From Alphaproteobacteria bacterium (GTDB lineage Bacteria > Pseudomonadota > Alphaproteobacteria > UBA828): a stretch of 64,000 bases of DNA. The translations under genes and the position numbers were made by a program. The notes beneath the pieces are model-generated. The model did no database searches, was not told where the DNA came from, and saw only the letters and a program-made list of their open reading frames with translations. Positions within the stretch are counted from its first letter, which is position 1. The number at the start of each line of letters is the position of its first letter. The stretch covers positions 160,001-224,000 of the forward strand of contig CBDCRW010000005.1 of the NCBI GenBank assembly GCA_965221125.1, written 5' to 3'. Shown here in pieces: positions 60,850-64,000 of the stretch.

Positions 60850-61638
60850 TCAGCTCTCGGCCGCTTCCGGCTGCAATGCGTCCTGCGGCCCGCCGCCCTC
60901 GCCCGGCAGGCACGGATCGGCGGGGCCGGACTCCGCCGGCGCGGCCGGCTCGGCGTCGGGGGCGGCCGGCGGCGCGGCATCGTCGACGGGCGGGGCGGCC
61001 GGCTGCGCGTCTTCGACCGGCAGCACGGGCGCTGCGGCGGCTTCGGCGGCAGCCTCGGCTGCGGCTGCCTCGGCTGCGGCAGCGGCGGCGGCCTTTTCTT
61101 CCCGAGCCGCCGCCCGCTCGGCCTTGGCGCGCGCCTTGCGCACCGCGTCGAGAAGCTCCGCCTCGGTACAGATGCCCAGCAGGATCGGATCCTGCGGCGT
61201 GATGTTCTGCGTGTTCCAGTGGGTGCGCTCGCGCACCGCGGTAATCGTGGCCTTGGTGGTGCCGAGCAGCTTGCCGATCTGCGCGTCGCTCAGCTCGTCG
61301 TAGTTCTTGAGCAGCCAGGCGATGGCGTTGGGCCGATCCTGCCGCTTGCTGACCGGCGTGTAGCGGGCGCGCCGGGTGCGCTGGGGCACCTCCGCGACCG
61401 GGGCGATAGCCTCCAGCCTGAGCGCCGAATCCTGCTCGCAGCGCTGCAGCTCCTCGCGGGTGACCTGCCCGTTCGCGACCGGATCGAGGCCGCGGATGCC
61501 GACGGCGACCTCCCCGTCCGCGATGCCCTGCACCTCGAGCGGATGAAGGCCGCAGAACGCCGCGATCTGATCGAAGGTGAGCGTGGTGTTGTCGATCAGC
61601 CATACGGCCGTGGCCTTGGGCATCAGCAATTCGGCCAT
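60850..61638 (-). CDS. DUF1013 family protein (TrcR-like) with Ala/Pro/Glu-rich tail
   Basis: LLMPKATAVWLIDNTTLTFDQIAAFCGLHPLEV, RYTPVSKRQDRP, RTHWN. Confidence 0.9.
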   Translation of the reverse strand: MAELLMPKATAVWLIDNTTLTFDQIAAFCGLHPLEVQGIADGEVAVGIRGLDPVANGQVTREELQRCEQDSALRLEAIAPVAEVPQRTRRARYTPVSKRQDRPNAIAWLLKNYDELSDAQIGKLLGTTKATITAVRERTHWNTQNITPQDPILLGICTEAELLDAVRKARAKAERAAAREEKAAAAAAAEAAAAEAAAEAAAAPVLPVEDAQPAAPPVDDAAPPAAPDAEPAAPAESGPADPCLPGEGGGPQDALQPEAAES

Positions 61639-61769
61639 CTTGTTCGTTCCTTCCCCTGCCGCCCGCGCGCGAACGCGCCGCAACCGGCGGGACCGCTTTC
61701 GGGCGCGCGTGAAACGGTCGGTATATCGCCTTGATGTGGGGAGCGCAAAGCCGCAGTTCACCCGAACCT

Positions 61770-62777
61770 TTACCGGGCGTCGCTCTCCAGCAGGATCTTG
61801 CCGATGTGCCGGCCGGCCTCCATGCGGGCGTGCGCCGCCGCCGCCTCTTCCAGCGGCAGGCGGGTGTCGATGACGGGCCGGACCAGCCCGGATTCGACGA
61901 GCGGCCAGACCTGCGCCTCCAGCGCGGCCGCGATGCGGGCCTTGCTGTCGACGCTTTGCGGCCGGAGCGTGGAGCCCACGATGGAGAGGCGCTTCCGCAT
62001 GAGCGCGAAGAGGTCGATCCGGGATTTCGACGCCTCCTGGACGGCGATCTGGGCCAGCCGGCCCTCGGGGCGCAACGCCGCGAGGTTGCGCTGCAGGTAG
62101 CTGCCGCCGACGATGTCGAGCACGACGTCGACCCCCTCGCCCCCGGTCAACGCCTTGACCACGGTGACGAAATCCTCGTCCCGGTAGTCGATCGCCCGCT
62201 CGGCGCCGAGCCGCTCGCAGGCGGCGCATTTCTCGGGCGAGCCGGCGGTGGCGAAGACGCGAACGCCGAGCGCAGAGGCCAACTGGATCGCGGTCGTGCC
62301 GATGCCGCTGCTGCCGCCGTGGACGAGCAGGCGCTCGCCGGCGCGCAGCCGGGCGCGCTCGAAGGCGTTGGTCCAGACGGTGAAGCAGGTCTCGGGCAGG
62401 CCGGCGGCATCCGTCACCGAGAGCCCCGCCGGCACCGGGAGCGTCTGCGTCTCGGGCGCCACGCAGTATTCGGCGTAGCCGCCGCCGTGGGTGAGCGCGC
62501 AGACGGCAGCGCCCACCTCGTAGCGGCGCGCGCCCGGCCCGTTCGCGACCACGCGGCCGGAGACCTCGAGGCCCGGAAGATCGGACGCGCCGGGCGGCGG
62601 CGGATAGAGGCCCTGGCGCTGCATCGTGTCCGGCCGATTGACGCCGGCCGCCGCCACCTCGATCAGCACCTCGCCGAGGGCGGGCTCGGGCAGCGGGCGG
62701 CGCGCTGGGCGCAGCACCTCGGGCCCGCCGGGCTCGGTGATCTCGATCGCGGTCATTTCTGCCGGCAGTTGCACCAT
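61770..62777 (-). CDS. NAD(P)H-quinone oxidoreductase (PIG3-like)
   Basis: AGVNRPD, YPPPPGAS, HGGSSGIG, GSTLRPQ, HIGKILL. Confidence 0.92.
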   Translation of the reverse strand: MVQLPAEMTAIEITEPGGPEVLRPARRPLPEPALGEVLIEVAAAGVNRPDTMQRQGLYPPPPGASDLPGLEVSGRVVANGPGARRYEVGAAVCALTHGGGYAEYCVAPETQTLPVPAGLSVTDAAGLPETCFTVWTNAFERARLRAGERLLVHGGSSGIGTTAIQLASALGVRVFATAGSPEKCAACERLGAERAIDYRDEDFVTVVKALTGGEGVDVVLDIVGGSYLQRNLAALRPEGRLAQIAVQEASKSRIDLFALMRKRLSIVGSTLRPQSVDSKARIAAALEAQVWPLVESGLVRPVIDTRLPLEEAAAAHARMEAGRHIGKILLESDAR

Positions 62778-62844
62778 GATTCCTCCAAAGGCATTGCGCG
62801 CGCGACTATACTCAAGCCGGCCCGGCCGGCGCAGGAGAAATGGG

Positions 62845-63030
62845 ATGGACGAGGAACCGATCCGCATCCCGCGTGAGCAGGAATGGTCCCCGCGCGTGCT
62901 CGACGACATGTCGGTAGACGCGCTCAACGCCTACGCCGGCCAGCTCGAGGAGGAGCTGGAGCGGGTGCGCGGCGCCATCGCGGCGAAGTCGGACTACCTG
63001 AGCAAGGCGGACTCGCTGTTCAAGAGCTAG
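62845..63030 (+). CDS. DUF1192 family small protein
   Basis: LDDMSVDAL...LEEELERV...ADSLFK; divergent from the quinone oxidoreductase. Confidence 0.8.
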   Translation: MDEEPIRIPREQEWSPRVLDDMSVDALNAYAGQLEEELERVRGAIAAKSDYLSKADSLFKS

Positions 63031-63745
63031 AGTCGCTCCCGTCCTGCAGAGAGCGGATGGCCGCGAGCCCGACCGGGGCGCCGTCGTACTCCGCCATCGC
63101 ATCGAGCAGCGCGCCCCAGAGGTAGACCGCCGACGCCACGTCGGTGATCAGGTCGAAGGCCGGCACCGCGCCGATGTCCCTCCGGATCACGATGACGTTG
63201 AGGCGGGCGACGTTGGTCTGCGCGATGTCGCCGGGCGCGAACGCCTGCGGCCTGAGGTCGACCGCACAGACCTTGGCGAGCATGGGGGGCGCATGCGCGC
63301 CGGTGAGCAGCAGCCAGCAGCTCGTCTCGTCGCGGGCGACACGGTAGCAGCCGTCGGCCTCCGCCATGCTCCAGGCCGCATCCAGGGTTTCGATCAGGGC
63401 GCCTTCGCCTGTGCGGCCGGCGAGCACCAGGGCTTCGCCGGGCGCGAGCCGGGCGATGCGCGTGCCGTCGGGCTGGGGATAGGCGCGGTTGCTCGCCTCG
63501 CCCATCTCGGCGCCGGCGCTGCTGAGCCAGGGAGCGATGGTCCAGCCCTTGAAGCCGATGCGCGGGAACGGCGTGAGGTCGGCGAGGCCGAGCAATTCCG
63601 CCTGCGCCGCCTCGTCGGCGGCGTCTCGCCCGAAGTCCCGCGCGATCGCGAAGCCGTTCACGGCCTCGAAGCGCGCGCCGTGCCCCTCCAGCGCGCGGTA
63701 GAGGGGCGAGCGGCGGGTCTGCTCCGCAGGCGTCGTCACGGTCAC
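63020..63745 (-). CDS. soxG: Sarcosine oxidase gamma-subunit-like protein
   Basis: LADLTPFPRIGFKG, LAKVCAVDLRP, AQTNVARL, YLWGALLDAM; GTG overlaps the upstream stop. Confidence 0.75.
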   Translation of the reverse strand: MTVTTPAEQTRRSPLYRALEGHGARFEAVNGFAIARDFGRDAADEAAQAELLGLADLTPFPRIGFKGWTIAPWLSSAGAEMGEASNRAYPQPDGTRIARLAPGEALVLAGRTGEGALIETLDAAWSMAEADGCYRVARDETSCWLLLTGAHAPPMLAKVCAVDLRPQAFAPGDIAQTNVARLNVIVIRRDIGAVPAFDLITDVASAVYLWGALLDAMAEYDGAPVGLAAIRSLQDGSDSSS

Positions 63746-64000
63746 AGCTCCTGCCGCGCGCCGTCGGGGTCGAAGAAGGGGAGCTTCGCCACCGTGGCGT
63801 CCACCATGCGGGCACCGTCCACCCTGATCTCGATGCGGGTGCCGGGCTCGCTTTGATCGGGCGCCACGTAGGCGAGGCCGACGATCTTGTCGAGGTTGGG
63901 CGAGTAGGCGACCGAGGTGACCCGCCCGGTGATCTCGTCCCCTCGGATCACCAGGTGGCATTCCTTCGGCTGCTCGACGCCGACGCCCGGCATCTCGAAG
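63742..64000 (-). CDS. Sarcosine oxidase alpha-subunit/aminomethyltransferase C-terminus (partial)
   Basis: GRVTSVAYSPNL...GLAYV...PFFDPDGARQ. Confidence 0.8.
   Translation of the reverse strand, partial: FEMPGVGVEQPKECHLVIRGDEITGRVTSVAYSPNLDKIVGLAYVAPDQSEPGTRIEIRVDGARMVDATVAKLPFFDPDGARQEL

Noticed and set aside
60900-61100. GCC/GCG-rich repetitive tract
   Set aside because: It encodes the low-complexity Ala/Glu/Pro tail of the DUF1013 protein and is not a separate element

Overview
High-GC alphaproteobacterial chromosomal segment (Rhodospirillales-like by gene order; taxon is inferred) with about 65 likely genes. I found no tRNA, rRNA, CRISPR array, transposase or phage genes. Conserved housekeeping blocks (xseB-ispA-tlyA; miaB-phoH-ybeY-corC-lnt; DUF1192/quinone oxidoreductase/DUF1013) alternate with catabolic modules. 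These include tandem amidases, a LacI-controlled sugar-oxidation/CoA-transferase operon with an ABC transporter, an Lrp-Rieske oxygenase-glutamine synthetase-like-alpha/beta hydrolase operon, a cupin/molybdenum hydroxylase/AtuA cluster, and ureido/beta-alanine-type nitrogen scavenging genes. The most notable non-coding signals are (i) a three-copy multi-hairpin dispersed element with compensatory base changes, (ii) a three-copy composite REP/MITE-like element and (iii) a candidate anti-Shine-Dalgarno sRNA at about 13.9 kb. Start codons were chosen by eye from RBS position and expected protein N-termini. All product calls rest on recognised motifs, not on database searches.
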